Both the position numbers and the translations under genes were made by a program. Under the pieces are notes generated by a model. The model saw only the letters and a program-made list of their open reading frames with translations. It did not search any database and was not told the DNA's origin. From positions 1 to 64,000 of IMG/VR virus record IMGVR_UViG_3300002835_000030: 64,000 bases of DNA. One strand, 5' to 3'. Source of the stretch: a virus. Shown one piece after another: positions 21,485-30,583 of this stretch; within the stretch, counting starts at the first letter, position 1; the number at the start of each line of letters is the position of its first letter.

Positions 21485-22366
21485 TTATACATATTTTAAC
21501 CATTCATTACCTGTTTGAAATTGTGATATATCTTTACCATCATTATCTGTGGTAAATCCAATATCTTTAATATACTCACTAACACAACAAGAACACTTAG
21601 GAGTATTATTAGTCCCCCCCAAATCTGTGTGACAACACCAACAATTATTATGTCCGTCCATTCTAACATGTGTTAAAAACCCCTCACTTATACCAATTCT
21701 TAACCCTAAATCGCCCCATATTTTATCCATATTAGGTTCAATGTGTGGATCACCATTAGAGTATTTTAAAATTATTTCATTAAAAAATTTTTTTGAAGTA
21801 ATAAAACAATTATTACTATAACCACAAAATTTAGAATCTATAATATACATTTTAGGGTTATCATTATATTTTTTAATGTAATTTGAAAATTTTATTTCAG
21901 GATTTTCAGTATAATAACACGCATAATCTATTTTACTTATATCAGACATTTCATTATTATATTTATGTTTAGTAGTTATAGGGTGACCAGGTATTTTTAA
22001 ACTTCTTATACGAATCAAATCAATTTTATCTTCATTAATAAGTTTCTCTGAATAATTAATAATTTTTATAACTTCTTCCTCACTTGTATGTATTCTAAAA
22101 TCATTTTCAGTCCATAAAACACACTCATATTTAGATTCTTTAAAAACCCTTTTCATACCACCTAACATCATACTATTATAGTCTTCTAAATAGTATTTTA
22201 CACCATAAAAATCACAAACATTAATTTCCTCACCAACATTATCAGATGGTTGTAGTACACAAAAAACATCGTCAGAAATATTTAATAACCCATAATGTTT
22301 ATAAGATAATAATGTATTTTTAAGAGTAATAGGTGAATTATGTGATAGTATACCTACAGATACCAT
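21485..22366 (-). CDS. GT2-like glycosyltransferase with Cys-rich C-terminus
   Basis: VSVGILSH, VLWTENDF; tail CWCCH..CSCC. Confidence 0.6.
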   Translation of the reverse strand: MVSVGILSHNSPITLKNTLLSYKHYGLLNISDDVFCVLQPSDNVGEEINVCDFYGVKYYLEDYNSMMLGGMKRVFKESKYECVLWTENDFRIHTSEEEVIKIINYSEKLINEDKIDLIRIRSLKIPGHPITTKHKYNNEMSDISKIDYACYYTENPEIKFSNYIKKYNDNPKMYIIDSKFCGYSNNCFITSKKFFNEIILKYSNGDPHIEPNMDKIWGDLGLRIGISEGFLTHVRMDGHNNCWCCHTDLGGTNNTPKCSCCVSEYIKDIGFTTDNDGKDISQFQTGNEWLKYV

Positions 22367-22376
22367 TATTTTAGTT

Positions 22377-23141
22377 TTATATATACGTTATTTTACTTTG
22401 CTCAATACCTTCTGGTACTACCCTATATATATCACCAAACCTATTTAATTTATTATAGTTAAACCATCTTTTTGGTCCAATAATTAATTTTTGATTTTCA
22501 TTCAAATAAGATGTCCACCAAGAAAAAGATGAGTTAGACATTATCATATATTTACATTTACTTAAAATATAAAAATCAGTAAATTCATCATTACTAATAT
22601 ATTCTTCATTAGGATATATGGACTTACAATATTCAATATCATCTGTAACAAATAGAAACTTTATATCTTTTTTGTTTTCTAAAATATTATTTTTAGCGTA
22701 ATCATAATATTCTTTAGGTAAAACCCAATCTATTTCTTTATAGTCACCACCTCTTAAATGAATGTAGCAATAGTCATCAACATCGTACTTCTTTAATATA
22801 TCTTCTGATTTTTCATCATATTCTAATTTAAAGTCATTTTTAATAATTCCTTCTATATCTTTAAAATAAAAATCAGATTGGAAAAATCCACTAATTAGTG
22901 TATTATCAGAAATATTAAATATTTCGTGATGTATATCTTCTGATTTTTGATAAAACACATTAGTTACTACCTTATTATCTACACCCAAATCACATTTTAA
23001 ATTAAGTTGACTAACCCCCAAAAAATCTCTAGGTATGTGATAATCATACCCATTTTTTAATGCTATTGATTTACAAACTGCATATTGAAATAGTTGATTA
23101 CCTAATCTACCACCTCTTTCATTCATTTGTATACTAATCAT
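22377..23141 (-). CDS. Alpha-1,2-fucosyltransferase (GT11)
   Basis: GRLGNQLFQYA, GFFQS, IHLRGGDY, MSNSSFSWW. Confidence 0.9.
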   Translation of the reverse strand: MISIQMNERGGRLGNQLFQYAVCKSIALKNGYDYHIPRDFLGVSQLNLKCDLGVDNKVVTNVFYQKSEDIHHEIFNISDNTLISGFFQSDFYFKDIEGIIKNDFKLEYDEKSEDILKKYDVDDYCYIHLRGGDYKEIDWVLPKEYYDYAKNNILENKKDIKFLFVTDDIEYCKSIYPNEEYISNDEFTDFYILSKCKYMIMSNSSFSWWTSYLNENQKLIIGPKRWFNYNKLNRFGDIYRVVPEGIEQSKITYI

Positions 23142-23940
23142 TTTTAAAAATTGTATCGTTAAAATTATTTAAATTATCTATATATCTATTATATGTATTA
23201 GCAACACTACCTTTCCAAGGGGCTGACCAATGACAATAATGTGAGACTATTGTGTTAGAATCCTGATCACCAAAGTATGAAACATATTTATTAGGTATTT
23301 GTACCCATCTATCTAAAAATAATAAATTTAAAATTGGTTGATCAGTACCTTCAGTTAACCCAACATGATAATTTATTTTCTTAAATCTTTCTCGTAATTT
23401 TTCTAATTCATCAACAGTAGATTCATCAATTAATTTTGTATTGAAATACATAAATGCCGAATTAAAACAATATTTTTGAACATCAAAGTTTTCATCTAGA
23501 TCCCCCAACGATTCTGTATCCATATTTGTGTTAAAATGTTTTCCATTAATTTGATCCGATAAACCACCACAATACCACATACTAAATAAATCTCTAACTG
23601 TGTTTTTTTCTCCATCACAATACATATCAACCTCATCTAAATTTTGTATTTTACTTAATGATTCATTAATTAAAATATCACAATCTAAGTACATTACTTT
23701 TTTCCATTGTTTAAAAAATGAGTCAAAAACACTAAATTTAACATAAAATGGGTTAGACATATTTATTTGTTTGACATAAATACCTTTATCCACAAATTCT
23801 CTATATTCTTCTTCAACCATATTTGTTAATAAACAATAATCTCCATCCCATTGACCTTCTTTTTTAATGTTAACAAATAAAGATTTGGCATGTTCTTTAT
23901 AATTTTTATCTGCCACTAATACAACTACTTCATTTTTCAT
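23134..23940 (-). CDS. Glycosyltransferase family 8-like
   Basis: KVMYLDCDILI, FNSAFMYF, DQPILNL. Confidence 0.8.
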   Translation of the reverse strand: MKNEVVVLVADKNYKEHAKSLFVNIKKEGQWDGDYCLLTNMVEEEYREFVDKGIYVKQINMSNPFYVKFSVFDSFFKQWKKVMYLDCDILINESLSKIQNLDEVDMYCDGEKNTVRDLFSMWYCGGLSDQINGKHFNTNMDTESLGDLDENFDVQKYCFNSAFMYFNTKLIDESTVDELEKLRERFKKINYHVGLTEGTDQPILNLLFLDRWVQIPNKYVSYFGDQDSNTIVSHYCHWSAPWKGSVANTYNRYIDNLNNFNDTIFKND

Positions 23941-23941
23941 A

Positions 23942-24796
23942 TTATTTTATTTTATTTAATTTATTAATTATTTTTAAAGAACAGTTTTTATAGTCAAAAT
24001 ATTCGTTATATATATTATTACCATTCTCCCTCAAAATTTTTATGTGTTCACTATCTAACGATTCTAAAATATTTGGTATTTTTTCTATTTGACTTTCATG
24101 TATTTTAATACCAATATCCTCAAAATTAAATTCATCATACCAAGGAGTCCAATCTTTATCATAAATATATACAGGTATAGATCCTTGTTGGAGGGATTCA
24201 CAAATTCTAAATGATGTTGCCCCATACCCTCTAGGGCATAAACTAAATACACTTCTTTCCATTTTATCTACAAATTGTTCATAACTAATTTTTGATAAAA
24301 CTATATCAAAACCAGATACGTGTCTGAGAGTTTCAGTCATTTTATTTCTTAATGGGTGAGTATTTGAACCGATAAAACTACACAATATATCCCTTTCTCT
24401 ATTAATGTCAATATTGTTTCTAGGTTGACAAACTAAGGGTATTGGGTAACCTATATTTTTTTCTGGTACAATTTTTTGTCCTCCACCACCAGAACAAAAT
24501 ACTATAATATCTAAATCTTCTATGTTTTGTAAAATACCGTCATCATACTGTAAAACAGTAAAATATTTTTTACTTCTATCTAAATTATTTAAAAACGTTT
24601 GAACGTCATCCATATTGGAGTTTCCGTAATTTCTACTTATATACAGATTAGTCCATAATATAGGTATATATTCTCTTTCTGTTATAATGTTATTATTAAC
24701 ATAGAAATCATAAAAATACTCCTCATATATTTGATGGTTATTAGGGGGGTATGTATGATTAGTTCTTATAAATAAATTTTGTGGGATTTCTACCAT
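23942..24796 (-). CDS. Exostosin-family glycosyltransferase (GT47)
   Basis: SFIGSNTHPLR, SVFSLCPRGYGATSFRICESLQQGSIPVYI. Confidence 0.85.
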   Translation of the reverse strand: MVEIPQNLFIRTNHTYPPNNHQIYEEYFYDFYVNNNIITEREYIPILWTNLYISRNYGNSNMDDVQTFLNNLDRSKKYFTVLQYDDGILQNIEDLDIIVFCSGGGGQKIVPEKNIGYPIPLVCQPRNNIDINRERDILCSFIGSNTHPLRNKMTETLRHVSGFDIVLSKISYEQFVDKMERSVFSLCPRGYGATSFRICESLQQGSIPVYIYDKDWTPWYDEFNFEDIGIKIHESQIEKIPNILESLDSEHIKILRENGNNIYNEYFDYKNCSLKIINKLNKIK

Positions 24797-24797
24797 A

Positions 24798-25514
24798 TTA
24801 TAAATGTTTAAGTCTATTTATTATTTCTTTTGTATTATTATTACATAATGAACGATTATTCAGATACCAACTATTTTCATGTTGTCTATGGAAATAATTT
24901 AAACCGCCTACTATTTTTATTCTATTATTTGATTTAATCCATAAATAAGAAAAATAAAAAGCATCATTTGTTTGTAAATCATATTCTATAGTTTCTCTCA
25001 AAAACGAATTTATATAGGTATCTCTATTAACTAAAAAATTACCAGTATTTAGGGCGGTAGTTATTTCTGGTTTATCTAAAAATAATTTAATATTATCAAT
25101 AGAGTATTCATAATCTTTATAATTAGAGAAATCGGAAATTAAATCACCATTAAAATGCAATAATTTTTCTGGTATATACAATGTGTTTTTATCTTTACCT
25201 ATATTTTTAATAGTGTCAATATAATTGTCATTTAATTTATTATCAGAATCTAAAAGTATTACCCATTCGTTTTTAGAATGTTTTACCGCTTCTAATTTAT
25301 TCATTAATGGTTTTAAATTAGACTCATTCCTATATAATTTTATTTTATCACTTTTTAACTCATCTAACTTATTTTTAAGATTATTAAAAAGTGTGTCCTC
25401 TGAACAATCGTCAACTATCACTATCTCATCTATTAATTCATTATCTAAAACAGATGAAAAAGAATCTATTACTAAATCTAATCTATTGTAAGTTGTAATC
25501 GCTATTGTAAACAT
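24798..25514 (-). CDS. Glycosyltransferase family 2
   Basis: IAITTYNR, IVIVDDCS, WVILLDSDN. Confidence 0.88.
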   Translation of the reverse strand: MFTIAITTYNRLDLVIDSFSSVLDNELIDEIVIVDDCSEDTLFNNLKNKLDELKSDKIKLYRNESNLKPLMNKLEAVKHSKNEWVILLDSDNKLNDNYIDTIKNIGKDKNTLYIPEKLLHFNGDLISDFSNYKDYEYSIDNIKLFLDKPEITTALNTGNFLVNRDTYINSFLRETIEYDLQTNDAFYFSYLWIKSNNRIKIVGGLNYFHRQHENSWYLNNRSLCNNNTKEIINRLKHL

Positions 25515-25527
25515 ATCTATTTTAATT

Positions 25528-26184
25528 TTATTGCCAAGTAGTAGTGAATAAGTGTATACAAAATGTATTGTCAGTTTTAAAAGATTCAATATAATTTATA
25601 TCATTTTCATTTAAACTTCTTATACTATGTCTTTCTGCACCAGGAAATGGATAAAAATAATCACCTTTTAATATTTTAATATCATATTCCCATTTATTAT
25701 CATTAATTAATTTTGTTAAATAATAAGGCCCAGTTTCATTCATAACTCTATTAATTTCATGTCTCTTTATTGGTTCATTATTTAATATGTCATTTAAAAA
25801 CTTTTCACATATTTTGTTTTTTGGGGTGGATCCGACTATACTATTCCATACTTCATTAGGGTTATTTTTATCAGTTCCAGCAAAAAAATCATATTCTAAT
25901 AATTCATCAAAAGACTTTATCTGTAAAAAATCGTAATCCATATAAATACCACCATACTTATACAATAATTCAAATCTAAGAATGTCGGATTTAGATCCTA
26001 AATTTTCTGTTTCATCAAATAACCTTTGATTAATCAATTCAAAATTAATGTTGTTATCGTTCCATTCTATAACATCGTAATTTTTATTTTTTTCTTTTAT
26101 TTTTTCTAATAAAAAATTAAATTTTTTAGGTTTTTCACCCCCTAACCATATTAAATGGATTTTTTTAGGTATTTTATTTTCCAT
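25528..26184 (-). CDS. Glycosyltransferase family 32 (OCH1-like DxD)
   Basis: IPKKIHLIWLG, SDILRFELLYKYGGIYMDYD, TGP. Confidence 0.9.
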   Translation of the reverse strand: MENKIPKKIHLIWLGGEKPKKFNFLLEKIKEKNKNYDVIEWNDNNINFELINQRLFDETENLGSKSDILRFELLYKYGGIYMDYDFLQIKSFDELLEYDFFAGTDKNNPNEVWNSIVGSTPKNKICEKFLNDILNNEPIKRHEINRVMNETGPYYLTKLINDNKWEYDIKILKGDYFYPFPGAERHSIRSLNENDINYIESFKTDNTFCIHLFTTTWQ

Positions 26185-26983
26185 ATGTAAGTTTTTCAAA
26201 TATTATATCGTCAGCAACTAAATAGTTTTTACTTATCTCATAGTTTTCTAAAATATATTTTTTTCTTTCATCATAATATTTCTTATCAATATCCTTTAAA
26301 ATATCTTTTAAATCATCAATATTATTGAAAACTATAATCCCTTTTTCGTTGAAAAAATTACCTATTGATGGGCATCCCCAATAAATAGGGATAGTACCTG
26401 TGATAAAACAATCGATTAATTTTTCTGAAAAATAAAAATCTTTTTTACAATTTTCTATTGTAATAGAAAACATATATTCTTTTAACGCCTCAGATTTATT
26501 TATGATAGGTTTATATCCTGAACCATAAAAGTCAATACCATTTATTTGATTTGATATATCATGCCTCAATTTATGTCCCACTAAATGTTTTTTATTAGAA
26601 TAAATCATGGAAATTAATTTATTCTTTTCAGTTATAAATCTCTCATTTTCATTTATCCAACAACCACCTAAAGGGATAAGAACAAATTTTTCTGAAATGT
26701 TTAATAATTCCACATCAAACGTGAATATACCCTCAAAAAGATTAAAATTATTTTTTGCATATTCATAATATTGTGGAGTTACTAATGGTGATTCTACTAA
26801 CCACCCATAAACTTTTTTATTAGGTAATTTTTCTACCAAAGTTAAATCGGTTATTACCACAATTTGATTGTCATCTAAAATAGTATCTCTATCCCATAAA
26901 AAATTTTTAGGTGAATTATACCAACTAGAAGACGAAGCGTGTGAAAAAAAATTATCAATTATATTTAATTTTTCTATGTTCAT
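26174..26983 (-). CDS. GT10-like (alpha-1,3/4-fucosyltransferase) glycosyltransferase
   Basis: YMFSITIEN, YFSEKLIDCF, TIPIYWG. Confidence 0.8.
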   Translation of the reverse strand: MNIEKLNIIDNFFSHASSSSWYNSPKNFLWDRDTILDDNQIVVITDLTLVEKLPNKKVYGWLVESPLVTPQYYEYAKNNFNLFEGIFTFDVELLNISEKFVLIPLGGCWINENERFITEKNKLISMIYSNKKHLVGHKLRHDISNQINGIDFYGSGYKPIINKSEALKEYMFSITIENCKKDFYFSEKLIDCFITGTIPIYWGCPSIGNFFNEKGIIVFNNIDDLKDILKDIDKKYYDERKKYILENYEISKNYLVADDIIFEKLTYGK

Positions 26984-27591
26984 CCTTTAATATAAAAAGC
27001 GTCTCCCCAAGTACCTCCTGCCCATGTAGTTTCTACTCTATTAAAACCATAAGAACCTAAATACGAATCTAACTCTTCTATCTTAGCACAACCCTTATAT
27101 AATTCAGCCCTATTAACCTCAGTCATTACATAATCAATAGTATTAAGGTATTCTGATCCACCTTTGAATACTTCTAATTCATAACCCTGTACATCTATAT
27201 TAATAAAATTAAATTTTTCTTTATGTTCAATAAATTTATCTAATTTAGTCATTTTTACAGTTTCTTTACCATCAAACTGTATCGATGGATGTTGTACTAA
27301 ATGATAATCAGGTTCTAAAACTGAACTAGATTGTCCTTCATTTATAGTTTCAGTGAACATCTCAACTTCACCTTCTTTATTACCTAATGCAGTATTTATT
27401 AATATTGCCTTATCCCCAACATTTTCTTTGAGTCTGTTAAATGTGTTTTTTATTGGCTCAAAAAACATAACATTTTTAATACCTAATCTTTCATAAGTTT
27501 GAAATTCTTGCCCAATATGTGCACCAATATGTAAAACACCTTTAATTTTTAAATCATATTTTTCTTTTAAACTATCTAAATTTAACAACAT
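26980..27591 (-). CDS. FkbM-family SAM methyltransferase
   Basis: VLHIGAHIG, FEP, NIDVQGYELEV. Confidence 0.9.
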   Translation of the reverse strand: MLLNLDSLKEKYDLKIKGVLHIGAHIGQEFQTYERLGIKNVMFFEPIKNTFNRLKENVGDKAILINTALGNKEGEVEMFTETINEGQSSSVLEPDYHLVQHPSIQFDGKETVKMTKLDKFIEHKEKFNFINIDVQGYELEVFKGGSEYLNTIDYVMTEVNRAELYKGCAKIEELDSYLGSYGFNRVETTWAGGTWGDAFYIKG

Positions 27592-27657
27592 AAAAATTAT
27601 TTTTTTTTATTATTTAATATATAATTATCGTAAAATTTTTTAAAAAGTAAACGTTAT

Positions 27658-28473
27658 TTATTTTAAAAACCCATTGTCATAAATAACATTAATTTTTTCC
27701 CATTCGGGTTCATAAATGTCTTCATATTTTTTTTCACCATTAGGTCCAAACCAAATAGATGGTACACATACTTTTTTGTCTTTATTTTTGTTTAAGTATG
27801 ATCCCCACCAAGAAAAAGATGAATTAGACATAATATTATGATTACATAAACTAATTGCCCATAAATCTTCATAATCATCTAAATCAGTAACAATAGTACA
27901 TTTGTCGTAATCTAAATTTTTTTCTGCCCAATCCTTGTCGTTGGTAAAAACAAAAACATTAGAGTGATTACCAATATATTTAAGGGATTTATCTATATAA
28001 CTTTTTTCTATAACAGGTAATATATCAGACACAGTTAAATAATCACCTCTTCTGATATGAATAGATACTGAATTTTTTTCAAATATTAATGGGTATAAAG
28101 TCATCAACTTTTGTTTAAACTCTTCAGTTGGTAGAAATAGGTTTTTTATATTCTCACTATAAATCTTAAAATTTTTACTACTTTGGAAGTACCCATAAAA
28201 CATTATTGATATATCATAATCGTATTTCAGATCACTATAATCCCAACTAATCTCATTAACCCTTTTTAGTGGGTTAATATTTTCTTTAAAATCAATATTT
28301 CTAAAAATATTATCTACATAGTTAATAGTTTGATTACCTTCCATAGGAAGAAATGAGAAAGGTTTAAAAAAGACAGGTGTATTATGGATATACCCTTCTG
28401 TTTTGGCTTTAGCAATTTGAAACATTTGATTTCCTAGCCCACCCATTAAATATGAAGTTATAAAATTTTCCAT
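27658..28473 (-). CDS. Alpha-1,2-fucosyltransferase (GT11), second copy
   Basis: GGLGNQMFQ, GYFQS, IHIRRGDY, NSSFSWWG. Confidence 0.9.
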   Translation of the reverse strand: MENFITSYLMGGLGNQMFQIAKAKTEGYIHNTPVFFKPFSFLPMEGNQTINYVDNIFRNIDFKENINPLKRVNEISWDYSDLKYDYDISIMFYGYFQSSKNFKIYSENIKNLFLPTEEFKQKLMTLYPLIFEKNSVSIHIRRGDYLTVSDILPVIEKSYIDKSLKYIGNHSNVFVFTNDKDWAEKNLDYDKCTIVTDLDDYEDLWAISLCNHNIMSNSSFSWWGSYLNKNKDKKVCVPSIWFGPNGEKKYEDIYEPEWEKINVIYDNGFLK

Positions 28474-28474
28474 A

Positions 28475-29089
28475 TTAAAATAACCATTTATAATTAACAT
28501 TTTTATTTTGTATATCACTAAAACTTTCTCTTTGTAATGCAATACTAGGGTTAAACCCGTAACAATTATAAGATTTTTGTATATCAGCGTAATATACGTC
28601 TATCGGTTTTCCCCTTATACTTATTAAATCCAATATTAAGTCATATATAGTATTGTTTATAACCACACAATGTATCCCATATGTTTCATTTAATTTTATA
28701 ATTTTTTCATTTAAAAAATTAATTTGTTTACCCATATGTTTATTATGGTTACCACCAAAATATATCATATCCCAATCCTCTGGTACTGATGACATATATT
28801 GTTCTAAATTTAATATTTCTTCAGTAAATTCTATATCGTCTTCTATTATTAATATATTTTTATAACCTTTTTCTTTAGCCTCATTAATGATGTTAATGTG
28901 GGTAGTTAAAATACCTAATTCCCCATTATTTATTATGGTGTCATTAATTAATGTATTACCATCTACGGCAGAAAAACGAGTAACACTATCAGACAATTCC
29001 CACTTACTTAATTCTAATAATGTTTCATCCCACCTATCTTTTCTACGATCTAGATTTATACAATAAATTTTATCAAAGTAATTTTTCAT
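28475..29089 (-). CDS. Glycosyltransferase family 25
   Basis: YCINLDRRKDR, RFSAVDG, GELG, ILIIEDD. Confidence 0.88.
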   Translation of the reverse strand: MKNYFDKIYCINLDRRKDRWDETLLELSKWELSDSVTRFSAVDGNTLINDTIINNGELGILTTHINIINEAKEKGYKNILIIEDDIEFTEEILNLEQYMSSVPEDWDMIYFGGNHNKHMGKQINFLNEKIIKLNETYGIHCVVINNTIYDLILDLISIRGKPIDVYYADIQKSYNCYGFNPSIALQRESFSDIQNKNVNYKWLF

Positions 29090-29090
29090 T

Positions 29091-29951
29091 TTAAATATAT
29101 TTTTTTAATATTTCCGATTTATATTTTACTATATCATTTAATACAACATCACCTGAATTTTTTATATTTTCATATAATTCTTCTAACACTAAGGAATCAC
29201 TATTAGATTGTATTTCGTGATGTAAATGTAATAATTCATTTTTAGGATTGTCTACAGAATGAATTTTTTCTAAAGTTTCAATTTTATTCCAAAAAAATAT
29301 ATCTTCTGGTGACCAACCATAAAATAACTCAGGGTCATAACCACCAACATTAAAGAATAAATTTTTATTAACGAATATAGATCCACCAGGTGCACCATAA
29401 TTACCTACTCTTAATTCTTCCAAATTAATATCATTAATACTTATTTCATTATTTAATAAATTTCGTGTTTGTTGTTCACTTAAATAGAGTACTCTACGGT
29501 TATAAAATGTTTGTAAACATTCTGATTTTTTAGATTCTTTATTATCTATTAAATTTAAAAAAAAATTATCATAAACTAAACAGTCCAAATCATGAAATAA
29601 AAAATAATTAGAATTTTTATTTAATAATGCGCCAATATTATGACATAAACATTTATTGAATTTGTTTTCTAAACTATTAATCCAATAATATCCTATCCCA
29701 TAACTCTTACAAATTTCATAATATTCTCTATTTGTTGAATGTTCAACAATAGTGATATTAATTTTTAAATTTGTTTTTTCTATTGCAGATTTTAAATGTG
29801 ACAAAGATACATCAACAAAGTCAATTCTACCTCTAACAGGTATTATTATACTAATATCAAACTTTTTATATGGTTTTTTATTTTTAATTTCTCTATAAAA
29901 AACATCAAATCTATTAGTATCTATTATATTTTTAATATCAGAAAAAATCAT
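29091..29951 (-). CDS. GT2/GT7-like (galactosyltransferase-type) glycosyltransferase
   Basis: IIIPVRGR, FNK..HNIG, FHDLD, GGYDPELFYGWSPED. Confidence 0.82.
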   Translation of the reverse strand: MIFSDIKNIIDTNRFDVFYREIKNKKPYKKFDISIIIPVRGRIDFVDVSLSHLKSAIEKTNLKINITIVEHSTNREYYEICKSYGIGYYWINSLENKFNKCLCHNIGALLNKNSNYFLFHDLDCLVYDNFFLNLIDNKESKKSECLQTFYNRRVLYLSEQQTRNLLNNEISINDINLEELRVGNYGAPGGSIFVNKNLFFNVGGYDPELFYGWSPEDIFFWNKIETLEKIHSVDNPKNELLHLHHEIQSNSDSLVLEELYENIKNSGDVVLNDIVKYKSEILKKYI

Positions 29952-30583
29952 ATTTCAAGAACTCTTCTATTATCTTCAATTTTATTTTGGATGTCACTAT
30001 AACTAACTCTTTGTAGTGCAATATTTGGGTAAAAGGAATATACATTTAATTCTTTTTGTAAATCACTATAATACACATCAATAGGATTGTCACAACCTTT
30101 AATTAGATTTAAACACTTATCATAGGTAGTACTTTTGAATGCAACACAATGTGTGGTATATGTTTTACTACATTTAATTATATTATCATTTATTTTGTTT
30201 ATCTGTTCACCTATGTGAGTGTTATGGTTACCACCAAAATAAAGAATGTCCCAATCACTTGGGACTAATGACATATACTTATCTAAATTTTTTATTTCTT
30301 CGGTAAATTCTATATCATCTTCTAATATTAGAATATTTTTATATTTTTTATTTTTGGCTAATTGTAATATTTTTATATGTGTTTTTAATAAACCTAATTC
30401 ACCCGAATTTACCCTAAATTTTTTGTTGTCGTAAGTTAATTTACTACCATCAATACCTAAAAATCTATTGACACCACTAAATAAATCCCATTTTTTAAGT
30501 TCTGTTACTGTTTCTGACCATCTATCTTTTCGTTTTTCTAGATTGATACAGAAAACTTTATCAAAATAATTTTTTAAACTCAT
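29948..30583 (-). CDS. Glycosyltransferase family 25, paralog of 28475-29089
   Basis: FCINLEKRKDR, GELG, LILEDD, WDILYFGGNHN. Confidence 0.88.
   Translation of the reverse strand: MSLKNYFDKVFCINLEKRKDRWSETVTELKKWDLFSGVNRFLGIDGSKLTYDNKKFRVNSGELGLLKTHIKILQLAKNKKYKNILILEDDIEFTEEIKNLDKYMSLVPSDWDILYFGGNHNTHIGEQINKINDNIIKCSKTYTTHCVAFKSTTYDKCLNLIKGCDNPIDVYYSDLQKELNVYSFYPNIALQRVSYSDIQNKIEDNRRVLEI

Noticed and set aside
21614-21620. G7 tract in a GT gene (also G7 at 1021-1027 and a long A-tract near 19741) as phase-variation sites
   Set aside because: The tracts are short and in frame and explained by Gly or Lys codons; there is no evidence of slippage.
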